Below are positions 36,671-46,903 of a stretch of 64,000 nucleotides of DNA, piece by piece (positions within the stretch are counted from its first letter, which is position 1; the number at the start of each line of letters is the position of its first letter). The translations under genes were made by a program, and so were the position numbers. The notes under the pieces were generated by a model that saw nothing but the letters and a program-made list of their open reading frames with translations, was not told the origin of the DNA and made no database searches. This stretch comes from Lachnospiraceae bacterium (GTDB lineage: Bacteria; Bacillota; Clostridia; Lachnospirales; Lachnospiraceae): positions 25 through 64,024 of the forward strand of contig JAIEEY010000076.1 of assembly GCA_029067205.1 (NCBI GenBank). Direction: 5' to 3'.

Positions 36671-37654
36671 ATGATTGATAAGCTGATAGAAAAGATTCAG
36701 AAAACCGGGGCGCCCATCGTGGTGGGATTGGACCCCACGATGAAATTCGTGCCTGACCATATTAAGGCAGCAGCATTTGAAGAGAAGGGTGAGACGCTGG
36801 AGGGCGCAGCGGAGGCGGTCTGGCTTTTTAACAAAGAGATCATTGACAAGACTTATGATCTGATTCCGGCAGTTAAACCACAGATTGCCATGTATGAACA
36901 GTTTGGATTACCAGGGCTTGTCACCTTTAAGAAGACAGTTGACTATTGTAAGGAAAAAGGTCTTGTGGTGATTGGTGATATCAAGAGGGGAGATATCGGT
37001 TCGACCTCGGCGGCATATGCGACAGCGCATCTTGGCAAGGTGCAGGTGGGCAGCAGTTTCTGTGCAGGTTTTGATGAGGATTTTGTGACAGTTAATCCGT
37101 ATTTGGGTTCCGATGGTGTCCAGCCCTTTATTGATGTATGCAAGGAGGAAAAGAGAGGTATCTTTGTTCTGGTAAAGACTTCCAATCCAAGCAGCGGTGA
37201 GTTCCAGGACAGACTGGTTCAGACAGGTGTAACTGCCGGTGCAGCAGGTGATGGCAAAATTACATTCTCGGACAAGCCGCTCTATGAGGTGGTCGGTGAG
37301 AAGGTTGCCGAGTGGAGCGAACAGCTTATGGGTGAAAAGGGTTACAGCTATATCGGTGCAGTGGTGGGTGCCACTTATCCGGAACAGGGCAGGGTGCTTC
37401 GCAAGGTGATGCCAAAATCCTTTATCCTTGTGCCGGGTTATGGTGCACAGGGCGGAACTGGAAAAGATCTGATACACTTTTTTGATGAAAACAGGCTTGG
37501 TGCGATCGTCAACTCCTCACGGGGAATTATCGCGGCATACCAGAGTGAGAAATACAGTAAATTTGGTTCTGCAAATTTTGCAGATGCTTCCAGACAGGCA
37601 GTGGTTGACATGATCACGGATATCGATCAGGCATTTGCAAGTGTTGGAAAATAA
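36671..37654 (+). CDS. pyrF: Orotidine-5'-phosphate decarboxylase (type 2)
   Basis: VGLDP, DIKRGDIGST, KTSN, VVGAT, PGYGAQGG, NSSR. Confidence 0.95.
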   Translation: MIDKLIEKIQKTGAPIVVGLDPTMKFVPDHIKAAAFEEKGETLEGAAEAVWLFNKEIIDKTYDLIPAVKPQIAMYEQFGLPGLVTFKKTVDYCKEKGLVVIGDIKRGDIGSTSAAYATAHLGKVQVGSSFCAGFDEDFVTVNPYLGSDGVQPFIDVCKEEKRGIFVLVKTSNPSSGEFQDRLVQTGVTAGAAGDGKITFSDKPLYEVVGEKVAEWSEQLMGEKGYSYIGAVVGATYPEQGRVLRKVMPKSFILVPGYGAQGGTGKDLIHFFDENRLGAIVNSSRGIIAAYQSEKYSKFGSANFADASRQAVVDMITDIDQAFASVGK

Positions 37655-37687
37655 TGAGTGAAAAACAGTTCGGAGGTAAAGGGGAAG

Positions 37688-38362
37688 ATGGAACAATACA
37701 AGAAGGAATTTATTGAGTTTATGGTTGACAGCAATGTGTTGAAATTCGGTGAGTTCACATTGAAAAGCGGAAGAAAATCACCGTTTTTCATGAACGCAGG
37801 GGCATATGTCACAGGATCGCAGCTCAGAAAGCTCGGTGAGTATTATGCGAAGGCGATCTATGACAACTATGGTGCAGATTTTGATGTTCTCTTTGGACCA
37901 GCATACAAAGGGATTCCGCTTTCTGTAGCAACGGCGATGGCATTCAGCGGGCTGTACAACAAGGAAATCCGATACTGTTCCAACAGAAAAGAGGTAAAGG
38001 ATCATGGTGACGTGGGTATCCTTCTTGGAAGTGACTTGAACGACGGTGACAGGGTAGTCATTATAGAGGATGTCACAACTTCCGGAAAGTCGATCGAAGA
38101 GACATTCCCTATTCTAAGGGAGCAGGCGAATGTGGATGTAGTGGGACTGATGGTGAGCCTGAATCGGCAGGAACGTGGCAAGACACAGCAGAATGCACTT
38201 GCAGAGATACGTGAGATCTATGGCATCGAGACTGGTGCGATTGTCACGATGGAAGAGGTTGTGGAGCATTTATACAACAAGACGTACAACGGCAGGGTGC
38301 TCATTGACGATAAGATGAAGGAAGCGATTGATGCATACTATGCCCAGTATGGTGCAAAATAG
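37688..38362 (+). CDS. pyrE: Orotate phosphoribosyltransferase
   Basis: FTLKSGRKSP, GPAYKGIP, VIIEDVTTSG. Confidence 0.95.
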   Translation: MEQYKKEFIEFMVDSNVLKFGEFTLKSGRKSPFFMNAGAYVTGSQLRKLGEYYAKAIYDNYGADFDVLFGPAYKGIPLSVATAMAFSGLYNKEIRYCSNRKEVKDHGDVGILLGSDLNDGDRVVIIEDVTTSGKSIEETFPILREQANVDVVGLMVSLNRQERGKTQQNALAEIREIYGIETGAIVTMEEVVEHLYNKTYNGRVLIDDKMKEAIDAYYAQYGAK

Positions 38363-38402
38363 GGAATCAGATAAGTAATTTAGTTGAAAATGGAGGATTA
38401 GG

Positions 38403-38555
38403 ATGGAAGAGAGAGTATATAAGGCAATGGGACGTGCAGGTGCGCTTTCAATTGTACTGGGAGTGGTATCAATTGTTGTTGGAATGACGAGCGGTGTGAT
38501 GCTTTTGATCAGCGGCGGCAGGCTTCTGGCGGGCAAATCAAAGATATTATTTTAG
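38403..38555 (+). CDS. Small membrane protein (50 aa; not in ORF track)
   Basis: SD GGAGG; MEERVYKAMGRAGALSIVLGVVSIVVGMTSGVMLLISGGRLLAGKSKILF*. Confidence 0.75.
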   Translation: MEERVYKAMGRAGALSIVLGVVSIVVGMTSGVMLLISGGRLLAGKSKILF

Positions 38556-38655
38556 CATGTGGGTGGGCATTTCATACGGAATGCCCATTTCCAATGGAAA
38601 TTTCCATGGGAAATTAAAGATTCCGTATGCGCACGGCAGGACGTGAGGAGTGAAA

Positions 38656-38982
38656 ATGTTTTGGATTTTTGGCAAGGAAGGGTATATTTTTACAGATAAG
38701 AAAAATCCTAAGTGGGGTATCATGTCAACGATACTGGGGCTTGTCGCAGGTGCTTCGATTTGTCTGGCAATTCATCGGACCTACCTGAATAAAGGGGAAG
38801 CACTCATGCAGTATGGCGCAGTGGTGCTTCTCGCCTTGGTATACGCTGTGGCAGGGCTGGTCTTGGGGATACGCTCATTGATGGAGAAAGATATTTTCCG
38901 GATTTTTCCAGTGATTGGTATTTTTTTGAATGTACTTACAGTGATAGCAAGTGGTATCATATTATATTTAGGAGTGATTTGA
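38656..38982 (+). CDS. Small 3-TM membrane protein (DUF6142-like)
   Basis: YIFTDK...GIMS..LG; three hydrophobic segments. Confidence 0.75.
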   Translation: MFWIFGKEGYIFTDKKNPKWGIMSTILGLVAGASICLAIHRTYLNKGEALMQYGAVVLLALVYAVAGLVLGIRSLMEKDIFRIFPVIGIFLNVLTVIASGIILYLGVI

Positions 38983-38983
38983 G

Positions 38984-41056
38984 ATGGAAGTTATTAGAGA
39001 AAGATATGAGCTCTCCTGTGGCAGGATCAAGGAGATCGCAGCAGTGCAGGAAGTGGCAGAAGACTACAAGGATTATTTTAAGAAGGTGGCCGATTTTATC
39101 CTGCTGGTGGCAGAAGCTTGCGATAATAGAGGAAAGATTACAGGGTTAGAGGAGCTGAGGAAAGAAAACAAGGCTTTATATGAGGATATTTTGGGCGCGC
39201 ATTATGCTGAAAGCTATGCCAATCCGACTTATACCTGCGGAAAGTATGGGCTTGACATGGGCAGGCTGTTGGCATTTTTGTACACGGAGATCAGGGCGAT
39301 GATACCATATGCTTTTGAGCAGACGTATGAGGATCTGGTAATTCGCATGGAGCTTTTTGTGGAGATCTACAATGCATTTGCCTATACACAGTCTGAGGCA
39401 GAGCTTCTCACTCTCCCTGAGAAAGCGGCAGTTCCAAATACAGATGATATTAAGGATACACTATACTGGTTTGTGAGCGATTATTCAGAGACTGCTACTT
39501 TACACAGGGTACGCAGCCTGGTCGACGCAGACTGTGACTTTGCGGTCAGGATTGTGGAGGACAGCGATTTTAATGATATGAGCTATCTGTATCAGTATGG
39601 CGAGTATGTGTCACCAGATGTGGAGAAGATGGCACAATACCTGAATTCCCTGCCAGATGAGCGCATTCAGCTGATGGCAGATACGTATACAGAGGGCTAT
39701 CGCATTGGATTTGAGAAAGCACATGTGGACCTTGGAAAAAAGGAGACCGTTGACCTTCATTATATGCTTGGCTTTGAGCGTGTGGTCAGGGCTGCCATCG
39801 CAAATTTTGCAAAGATGGGGTTGAAACCAACGATCTATCGGTGTGAGAACACTATTTTCAGCAAGTCCGTAGTGCGTAAGAAGGGGTTTTTCGGCGCAGA
39901 TGCCAACAAGCAGTTCCTGTATGATCATAAAGATGACATCGCGCTTTTCCTTGACAAAAAGCTTGTAAACAGAAATCTCGAAGTGCTCAGGCTTGCCTAC
40001 GAGGCGGTAAAGGAAATGGCGGCAGTATACGCAGGGCCGGCGGTCATCGAAGTGTTTGGCGAGCTTCCTTTTGCGCCGGAGTCCAAGGATGAAGCGTGCA
40101 GTCTGGATGCAGGGCAGCAGAAACTGTCAGCGGAGTTAAAGGGGGCATCGCAGGACATTGTCAGCAGATATATCAATGAGGAGGAGAGAAGCTTCACGAT
40201 TATCGCTTTTCCAGTTCCAAGTATCGGAGAGCGTTTTGTGGAGATCTTTGACGAGACGATCAAGCTGAACACGCTTGATTACAAGACATACGAGCGTATA
40301 CAGGCGACGATCATCGATACACTCAACAAGGCGGCGTATGTGGAGATCAAGGGTATGAACGGCAACAAGACGGATCTCCGAGTGGCACTTTATCCGATAT
40401 CGAATCCTGAGAAGGAAGCAATCTTTGAGAATTGCGTCGCAGATGTCAACATTCCTGTCGGTGAAGTGTTTACTTCACCAGTGCTTGAGGGAACAAATGG
40501 AAAGCTTCATGTCAGCCGTGTATTTTTGAATGAACTCGAATATCACAATCTGGAAATTGACTTTAAGGATGGAATGATTGCTGATTACACCTGCTCAAAT
40601 TTCGACGGTGAGGAGAAAAATAAGGCTTATATCAAGGCAAATGTACTATATCATTATGATTCCCTTCCGATGGGAGAGTTTGCGATTGGTACGAACACAA
40701 CGGCATACATGACGGCAAAAAAGTATGATATCGCCAACCTGTTTCCGATCTTGATCGCAGAGAAGACAGGACCGCATTTTGCAGTCGGTGACACCTGTTA
40801 TTCAAGGAGCGAGGAGGTCAGAGTCTTTAATGAGGACGGAAAGGAAGTTGTGGCAAAGGACAATTCTGTTTCAACATTGAGAAAGACAGAGCCCTCGAAA
40901 GCATATTTTGCATGTCATACGGATATTACAATACCATATGATGAGTTAGGTTCCATCATTGCATACAGCAAGGATGGTGAGGCGTATTCCATCATTGAAA
41001 AAGGAAGGTTTGTTCTGGCAGGAACAGAGGAATTGAATGAGCCTTTTGATCATTGA
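38984..41056 (+). CDS. Aminopeptidase (M29/aminopeptidase T-like C-terminal domain)
   Basis: NIPVGEVFTSP, GEFAIG, EKTGPHFAVG, CHTDIT. Confidence 0.85.
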   Translation: MEVIRERYELSCGRIKEIAAVQEVAEDYKDYFKKVADFILLVAEACDNRGKITGLEELRKENKALYEDILGAHYAESYANPTYTCGKYGLDMGRLLAFLYTEIRAMIPYAFEQTYEDLVIRMELFVEIYNAFAYTQSEAELLTLPEKAAVPNTDDIKDTLYWFVSDYSETATLHRVRSLVDADCDFAVRIVEDSDFNDMSYLYQYGEYVSPDVEKMAQYLNSLPDERIQLMADTYTEGYRIGFEKAHVDLGKKETVDLHYMLGFERVVRAAIANFAKMGLKPTIYRCENTIFSKSVVRKKGFFGADANKQFLYDHKDDIALFLDKKLVNRNLEVLRLAYEAVKEMAAVYAGPAVIEVFGELPFAPESKDEACSLDAGQQKLSAELKGASQDIVSRYINEEERSFTIIAFPVPSIGERFVEIFDETIKLNTLDYKTYERIQATIIDTLNKAAYVEIKGMNGNKTDLRVALYPISNPEKEAIFENCVADVNIPVGEVFTSPVLEGTNGKLHVSRVFLNELEYHNLEIDFKDGMIADYTCSNFDGEEKNKAYIKANVLYHYDSLPMGEFAIGTNTTAYMTAKKYDIANLFPILIAEKTGPHFAVGDTCYSRSEEVRVFNEDGKEVVAKDNSVSTLRKTEPSKAYFACHTDITIPYDELGSIIAYSKDGEAYSIIEKGRFVLAGTEELNEPFDH

Positions 41057-41102
41057 GGAAGATAAAATTTGTTAAAATATAAATTAAATTTAGAATAATT
41101 TG

Positions 41103-41131
41103 TTGACGTATGAAGGTATTGTTTGTAAACT
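41103..41131 (+). promoter_or_regulatory. SigmaA promoter of the pur operon
   Basis: TTGACG-17-TAAACT. Confidence 0.55.
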
Positions 41132-41177
41132 ATAAAGGATTGGAAATAAAAGCGAAGGAATATATTGGAGGTTATCT

Positions 41178-41687
41178 ATGGCACAGGTTGGTATTGTGAT
41201 GGGTTCTGATTCAGATATGCCCGTCATGGCAAAGGCAGCAGATCTATTGGAGGAACTCGGCGTTTCTTATGAGATGACAATCATCTCAGCACACAGGGAG
41301 CCGGAGGTGTTTTTTGAGTATGCGAAAACTGCGGAGGAGAAAGGTTTTAAGGTGATTATCGCCGGAGCGGGAATGGCAGCTCACCTGCCAGGAATGTGCG
41401 CTGCTATTTTTCCAATGCCTGTCATCGGCATACCAATGCACACGACATCACTCGGCGGCCGCGATTCGCTGTATTCCATCGTACAGATGCCATCGGGCAT
41501 TCCTGTGGCGACAGTGGCGATCAATGGCGGTGCAAATGCCGGACTGCTTGCTGCGAAGATTCTTGCAACATCGGACAGCAGCCTTCTTGCAAAGCTTAAG
41601 GATTATTCCGCAAAGCTTAAGGAGCAGGTCATGGCAAAAGACGCAAAGCTGCAGGAGATCGGATATCAGGAATATCTCAGAAAATAG
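41178..41687 (+). CDS. purE: N5-CAIR mutase
   Basis: MGSDSD, SAHR, AGMAAHLPG, VQMPSGIPVATV. Confidence 0.97.
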   Translation: MAQVGIVMGSDSDMPVMAKAADLLEELGVSYEMTIISAHREPEVFFEYAKTAEEKGFKVIIAGAGMAAHLPGMCAAIFPMPVIGIPMHTTSLGGRDSLYSIVQMPSGIPVATVAINGGANAGLLAAKILATSDSSLLAKLKDYSAKLKEQVMAKDAKLQEIGYQEYLRK

Positions 41688-41691
41688 CAAA

Positions 41692-41737
41692 TCCGCATCA
41701 GTCCTGCCAATAATGGGATCAGTAGGACTGATGCGGA
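41692..41737. other. Strong intercistronic hairpin without T-tract
   Basis: tccgcatcagtcctgc / gtaggactgatgcgga 16-bp stem. Confidence 0.65.
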
Positions 41738-41758
41738 ACATAAAATTAGGAGGAGATT

Positions 41759-42784
41759 ATGGATTACAAGAACGCAGGTGTTGATATTGAAGCCGGATAT
41801 CAGTCAGTAGAGCTTATGAAGAAATACGTGAAAGAGACGATGCGTCCGGAGGTGCTCGGGGGTATCGGCGGCTTTTCAGGGGCTTTCTCCATGGAAAAAT
41901 TCAAGGATATGGAAAAGCCGACACTTGTCTCAGGTACAGATGGGGTTGGAACCAAGATCAAGCTGGCATTTTTGATGGATAAGCATGATACAGTCGGCAT
42001 TGACTGTGTTGCGATGTGCGTCAATGACATTGCATGTGCAGGCGGTGAGCCATTATTTTTTCTGGATTATATTGCCTGTGGCAAAAATGAGCCGACCAAG
42101 ATCGCGACAATCGTAAAAGGTGTGGCTGAGGGCTGCAAACAGTGCGGTGCGGCACTGATTGGCGGAGAGACTGCAGAGCACCCAGGATTGATGCCGGAGG
42201 ATGAGTACGACCTTGCAGGATTCGCAGTAGGTGTGGTTGATGAGAAGGATTTGATTACAGGTGCCGACCTCAAGGCAGGCGATGTGCTGATCGGTATCGC
42301 GTCGAGTGGTGTGCACAGCAATGGTTTTTCCCTTGTCAGAAAGGTGTTTGAAATGACAAAGGAGAGTCTGGATACGTATTATGATGAGTTAGGGAAAACA
42401 CTTGGAGAGGCATTGATCGAGCCTACGATCATCTATGTTAAAGCGTTAAAAAGTATCAAGGAGAACGGTGTCACGGTCAAGGCGTGCTGTCATATCACAG
42501 GTGGCGGATTTTATGAGAATGTGCCAAGAATGCTTCATGACGGCGTGCATGCAAAGATCAAAAAGGACAGCTATGAAGTTCCAGCGATATTTAAGCTGCT
42601 GCAGAAAAAGGGCGGCATAGATGAACATATGATGTACAATACATACAATATGGGGATTGGTATGATTGTGGCGGTGGACTCCGCTGATGTGGATAAGGCG
42701 ATGGATGCAGTCAGGGCAGCTGGAGAGACTTGTTATGTGATCGGTGAGATCAAGGATGGCGAAAAGGGAGTAACGATATGCTAA
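41759..42784 (+). CDS. purM: AIR synthetase
   Basis: YKNAGVD, TDGVGTK, GGETAE, HSNGFS, HITGGG. Confidence 0.97.
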   Translation: MDYKNAGVDIEAGYQSVELMKKYVKETMRPEVLGGIGGFSGAFSMEKFKDMEKPTLVSGTDGVGTKIKLAFLMDKHDTVGIDCVAMCVNDIACAGGEPLFFLDYIACGKNEPTKIATIVKGVAEGCKQCGAALIGGETAEHPGLMPEDEYDLAGFAVGVVDEKDLITGADLKAGDVLIGIASSGVHSNGFSLVRKVFEMTKESLDTYYDELGKTLGEALIEPTIIYVKALKSIKENGVTVKACCHITGGGFYENVPRMLHDGVHAKIKKDSYEVPAIFKLLQKKGGIDEHMMYNTYNMGIGMIVAVDSADVDKAMDAVRAAGETCYVIGEIKDGEKGVTIC

Positions 42785-43371
42785 GAGTATGCGTGTGTGT
42801 ATCTGGCGGCGGAACAAATCTTCAGGCAATCATGGATGCTATCGATGCAGGGAAAATAACCAATACACAGATTGTAAGGGTGATCAGCAACAATAAAGGC
42901 GCGTATGCACTGGAACGGGCAAAGAGCAAAGGAATGGATGCGTTTGCCGTATCGCCGAAGGATTATGATGACAGGGAACTTTTTAATGAGGCATTTTTGC
43001 ATTGTGTGGATGATGCGAGTCCAGATCTGATCGTGCTGGCGGGATTTTTAGTAGTGCTTCCGCCAATGATGATCAAAAAGTATGAAGGACGTATTATCAA
43101 CATTCATCCAGCATTAATTCCCTCATTTTGCGGGAAAGGCTATTATGGGCTGAAGGTTCATGAGGCGGCTTTGGTGCGCGGTGTCAAGATTACTGGCGCT
43201 ACAGTACATTTCGTGGACGAGGGGACAGACACAGGTCCCATTATCCTGCAGAAGGCGGTGGAGGTGCTGCCAGGTGATACGCCCAAAGTACTACAGCAGC
43301 GTGTCATGGAGCAGGCGGAATGGGTGATACTTCCGCAGGCGATCAACATGATCGCAAATGGATTGCTTTGA
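42778..43371 (+). CDS. purN: GAR transformylase
   Basis: SGGGTN, INIHP, GATVH, DTGPII. Confidence 0.97.
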   Translation: MLRVCVCVSGGGTNLQAIMDAIDAGKITNTQIVRVISNNKGAYALERAKSKGMDAFAVSPKDYDDRELFNEAFLHCVDDASPDLIVLAGFLVVLPPMMIKKYEGRIINIHPALIPSFCGKGYYGLKVHEAALVRGVKITGATVHFVDEGTDTGPIILQKAVEVLPGDTPKVLQQRVMEQAEWVILPQAINMIANGLL

Positions 43372-43436
43372 ATCAGTGGATAAAAATAGATCGATATGAA
43401 TCAAAATTGAGATATAGAAAGGATAAGGAGAGCGGC

Positions 43437-44711
43437 ATGAAAGTTTTAATCGTGGGAAGCGGCGGACGGGAACATGCCATTGCCACAAGTGTAGCAAACA
43501 GCCCGAAGGTCGATAAAATCTATTGTGCTCCCGGAAACGCAGGAATCGGACAGATTGCAGAGTGTGTGGCAATCGGTGCCATGGAGTTTGACAAGCTTGC
43601 AGCCTTTGCAAAGGAAAAGCAGATCGATCTCACGATCATCGGCATGGATGATCCTCTGGTAGGTGGTGTGGTCGATGTGTTTGAGGCAGAGGGGCTTCGG
43701 GTATTCGGACCAAGGAAAAATGCGGCAATCCTCGAGGGATCCAAAGCATTTTCTAAGGATTTGATGAAGAAGTATAACATACCGACGGCTGCATATGAAA
43801 ACTTTGACAATGCGGACAAGGCACTGGCTTATCTGGAGACGGCAAGCTTTCCGATCGTGTTGAAGGCGGATGGACTGGCGCTTGGAAAAGGTGTGCTGAT
43901 CTGTAATACGCTGGAGGAGGCAAAAGCCGGTGTCCGATCTATTATGCTGGATAAACAGTTTGGAACTGCTGGAAACCGTATGGTGATTGAGGAATTTATG
44001 ACAGGGCGTGAGGTGTCTGTACTGTCTTATGTGGATGGCAAGACAATTAAGACAATGACTTCTGCGCAGGATCATAAGCGCGCAAAAGATGGGGATCAGG
44101 GGCTTAATACAGGCGGTATGGGAACATTCTCGCCGAGTCCATTTTATACAGCTGAGGTCGACGAATTTTGCAGAGAGCACATTTATCAGGCGACGGTCGA
44201 TGCGATGGCGGCGGAGGGAAGAGAATTTAAGGGAATTATTTTCTTTGGACTGATGTTGACACCCAAGGGACCAAAAGTTCTGGAATACAATGCAAGGTTT
44301 GGCGATCCTGAGGCGCAGGTAGTGCTTCCGCGCATGAAGAACGACATTATTGATGTTGTGGAGGCATGTATTGACGGAAAGCTTGACACGATCGACCTTC
44401 AGTTTGAGGACAATGCGGCAGTATGTGTAGTGCTTGCGAGCGACGGTTATCCAGTTAAGTATGACAAGGGACTTGAAATCAGAGGACTTGAGAAATTTGA
44501 TAACAAGGATGGTTACTATTGTTTCCATGCGGGGACAAAACTGGATCCGGACGGAAAGTTTGTCACCAACGGAGGACGTGTTCTGGGTGTGACAGCCAAG
44601 GGGGCTGACCTGAAAGAAGCAAGGGCAAATGCCTATGCGGCAACAGAATGGATTGACTTTGACAATAAATATATGCGCCATGATATCGGGAAAGCGATTG
44701 ATGAGGCGTAA
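43437..44711 (+). CDS. purD: GAR synthetase
   Basis: GSGGREHA, KADGLA.GKGV, QDHKR, NTGGMG, EYNARFGDPE. Confidence 0.97.
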   Translation: MKVLIVGSGGREHAIATSVANSPKVDKIYCAPGNAGIGQIAECVAIGAMEFDKLAAFAKEKQIDLTIIGMDDPLVGGVVDVFEAEGLRVFGPRKNAAILEGSKAFSKDLMKKYNIPTAAYENFDNADKALAYLETASFPIVLKADGLALGKGVLICNTLEEAKAGVRSIMLDKQFGTAGNRMVIEEFMTGREVSVLSYVDGKTIKTMTSAQDHKRAKDGDQGLNTGGMGTFSPSPFYTAEVDEFCREHIYQATVDAMAAEGREFKGIIFFGLMLTPKGPKVLEYNARFGDPEAQVVLPRMKNDIIDVVEACIDGKLDTIDLQFEDNAAVCVVLASDGYPVKYDKGLEIRGLEKFDNKDGYYCFHAGTKLDPDGKFVTNGGRVLGVTAKGADLKEARANAYAATEWIDFDNKYMRHDIGKAIDEA

Positions 44712-44763
44712 CAGGAGTATATTTTGATTGATATGCGTGCTGGAGCACGCAAGAGGTATAAAT

Positions 44764-46335
44764 ATGGAAAAGAACAAAAGAAACGGGATCAAGCATATAT
44801 TAGCAGCAGTGCTTTTCTGCATGATGTTGAGTATTGGAATGGTGAGCCTTGCTGATGTGCAGGGAACAGTGATCGCAAAGAGTGCAGTGATCAGGGCAGC
44901 GGCTGATCCCAACAGTGAAAAACTGGCAAGTGTGCCGTCGGGAAAGACAATTGATATCATCAGCAAAACATCAGGAACAGATAATAATACATGGTATCAG
45001 GTTTATGTGAATTCCGACACAAAGGGCTATATTAGAAGCGATCTTATTAAAGTACCAGATGGAGTAAATATACCGACAACCCAAGGCGGAACAAGTGCAC
45101 CGGCACAGTCTACAGATGTACCGTCAACCACAGCGACTCCAGTAGACGCTAAACAGGTCTCTGTCATAAGTAATAATACGAATATCAGGGCGGCTGCTTC
45201 GACAAATTCTGAATCAAGGGCTAAGGTGAACCGCGGAAATATACTGACAGTGGTCGGTGAGGCCACCGGCACAGATGGAAAGAGGTGGTATCAGGTATCC
45301 TTTACTTACAATAACGAAGAAAAGACAGGCTTTATTCGTGCTGATCTAGTGACGACTGACAATGTTCCGAACGATCCGGCGACATCGCAGATTATAGGAG
45401 AGGAAAATCCAGGGGAAGAGCAACCGGCGGATGCAGAGCCTTCGGATGAACAGCCAGCAGAGCAGCCAGCAGAGACAAATCAGGCTGATAATAATACTGT
45501 CACTCCAATGGATGTGGATGAAGTTCCGTATATTATGCCAGGATTTGAGCTGGTTACACTTCGCAATGGCGACCAGGAATATAAGGGATATATGAATGGG
45601 GACTTCTATGTCTTCTATGCACAGAAGCCGAGTGGGGAACAGGGCTGGTATCTGTTTGATTTAAAGGAGCAGGTTTATCAGAGATATGTCTATACAGCGG
45701 ACGGGGTTACAGTGCCAAAAGGGGGGCTTGAATCTGTAGGGCTTATTCCGGTTATTGTGCTTGTGGTGATCATTGTGATTCTTGTAGCTATCGTGGGATT
45801 ATTGCTGCTCAAACTCAAAGGGCAGGGTAGTTCTTATAAGAGATATAGAGGTTATGACGACGATGATGATCAGGATGATGACGATATAGAAGACTTAGAG
45901 GATCTCGAGGACGATGAGGAGCCTCAGCCAGCAAGACGTCCGCAAGGACCACAGCCGGTAAGGCGTCCGCAGGGAGGTGGTGCTTCCAACAATGTGCAGC
46001 AGGGACAGCCGCCGAGACGTCCGCAGGGACAGCAGCAGCCAAGATATCAGCAGAGCCAGCAGCCGCCGAGGCGTCCGCCCCAGGGAAGTTCTTCAAATAA
46101 CAGTGCATCACAGGGACAACAGCCTCCAAGGCGTCCGCAGGGAGGAAATTCTTCCAATAATGGTGCGAGACCACAGGGACAACAGCCGCCGAGACGTCCA
46201 CAAGGACAACAGCCTCCAAGACGTCCACAAGGACAAAATGATAGAGTTCCAAATGAAAAGGCACAGGCACAGAAGGGGTATAAGGCAAAGAACCTCTTAG
46301 AGGACGATGACATGGATTTCATGGATATTGAATAA
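44764..46335 (+). CDS. Single-pass membrane protein: two extracellular SH3b domains and a disordered Pro/Arg/Gln repeat tail
   Basis: Signal peptide; two IR...WYQV...G[YF]IR.DL SH3b domains; TM LIPVIVLVVIIVILVAIVGLLLL; acidic run; repeats. Confidence 0.85.
   Translation: MEKNKRNGIKHILAAVLFCMMLSIGMVSLADVQGTVIAKSAVIRAAADPNSEKLASVPSGKTIDIISKTSGTDNNTWYQVYVNSDTKGYIRSDLIKVPDGVNIPTTQGGTSAPAQSTDVPSTTATPVDAKQVSVISNNTNIRAAASTNSESRAKVNRGNILTVVGEATGTDGKRWYQVSFTYNNEEKTGFIRADLVTTDNVPNDPATSQIIGEENPGEEQPADAEPSDEQPAEQPAETNQADNNTVTPMDVDEVPYIMPGFELVTLRNGDQEYKGYMNGDFYVFYAQKPSGEQGWYLFDLKEQVYQRYVYTADGVTVPKGGLESVGLIPVIVLVVIIVILVAIVGLLLLKLKGQGSSYKRYRGYDDDDDQDDDDIEDLEDLEDDEEPQPARRPQGPQPVRRPQGGGASNNVQQGQPPRRPQGQQQPRYQQSQQPPRRPPQGSSSNNSASQGQQPPRRPQGGNSSNNGARPQGQQPPRRPQGQQPPRRPQGQNDRVPNEKAQAQKGYKAKNLLEDDDMDFMDIE
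45925..46235 (+). repeat. Coding repeats of (P)PRRPQG, about 8 units
   Basis: cagccgccgagacgtccgcaggga-like units recur. Confidence 0.85.
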
Positions 46336-46344
46336 AATAAAACG

Positions 46345-46384
46345 AAAGAACTTGTCTAATGATAAAAGTTAGACAGGTTTTTTC
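46345..46384 (+). terminator. Intrinsic terminator
   Basis: aaagaacttgtctaa...ttagacaggtttttt. Confidence 0.75.
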
Positions 46385-46482
46385 GCCTTATTCTTAAAAA
46401 TTTATAACTTCCCTTGTATACACAAGTTCATTGTGCTACAATTTGTATAACAGCTGGCTAAATGGAAGGAGCGTGGGAATAT

Positions 46483-46860
46483 ATGTATATAGAGATTGAT
46501 TTTAACAGTGATGAAGCCCTTTATCTACAGCTGCGCAACCAGATCATTATCGGGATAGCCACGTCTCAGTTTCAGGAGGGAGACACGCTTCCATCTGTGA
46601 GACAGCTTGCAGACACGATTGGCATAAATATGCATACGGTCAACAAGGCATATTCTGTATTAAAGCAGGAAGGTTTCGTGAAAGTGGACCGGAGAAAAGG
46701 AGCAGTGATCGCGATTGACATTGATAAGATGCAGGCAAAGGAGGACTTGAAGCGCGATATGCAGGTGCTGCTGGCAAAGAGCAGCTGTAAGCGGATATCG
46801 AGGGAAGAAGTGCATGCACTGATTGACGAGATCTATGAGGACTATAATAATGAGATTTGA
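46483..46860 (+). CDS. GntR-family (YtrA subfamily) regulator
   Basis: LYLQL, LPSVRQLA..IN.HTV.KAY..L, short C-terminal domain. Confidence 0.92.
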   Translation: MYIEIDFNSDEALYLQLRNQIIIGIATSQFQEGDTLPSVRQLADTIGINMHTVNKAYSVLKQEGFVKVDRRKGAVIAIDIDKMQAKEDLKRDMQVLLAKSSCKRISREEVHALIDEIYEDYNNEI

Positions 46861-46903
46861 AAAGAAATATACTAAAATATGAAAAACATGGAGGCATAGA
46901 AAA

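Noticed and set aside
41057-41177. Purine or ZTP riboswitch before purE
   Set aside because: The leader after the promoter is only ~40 nt and AT-rich, with no aptamer signature.
43446-44966. Long antisense ORFs (also 23151-24374, 35697-36581, 46640-47767)
   Set aside because: Shadows of well-supported genes, with no recognisable motifs.
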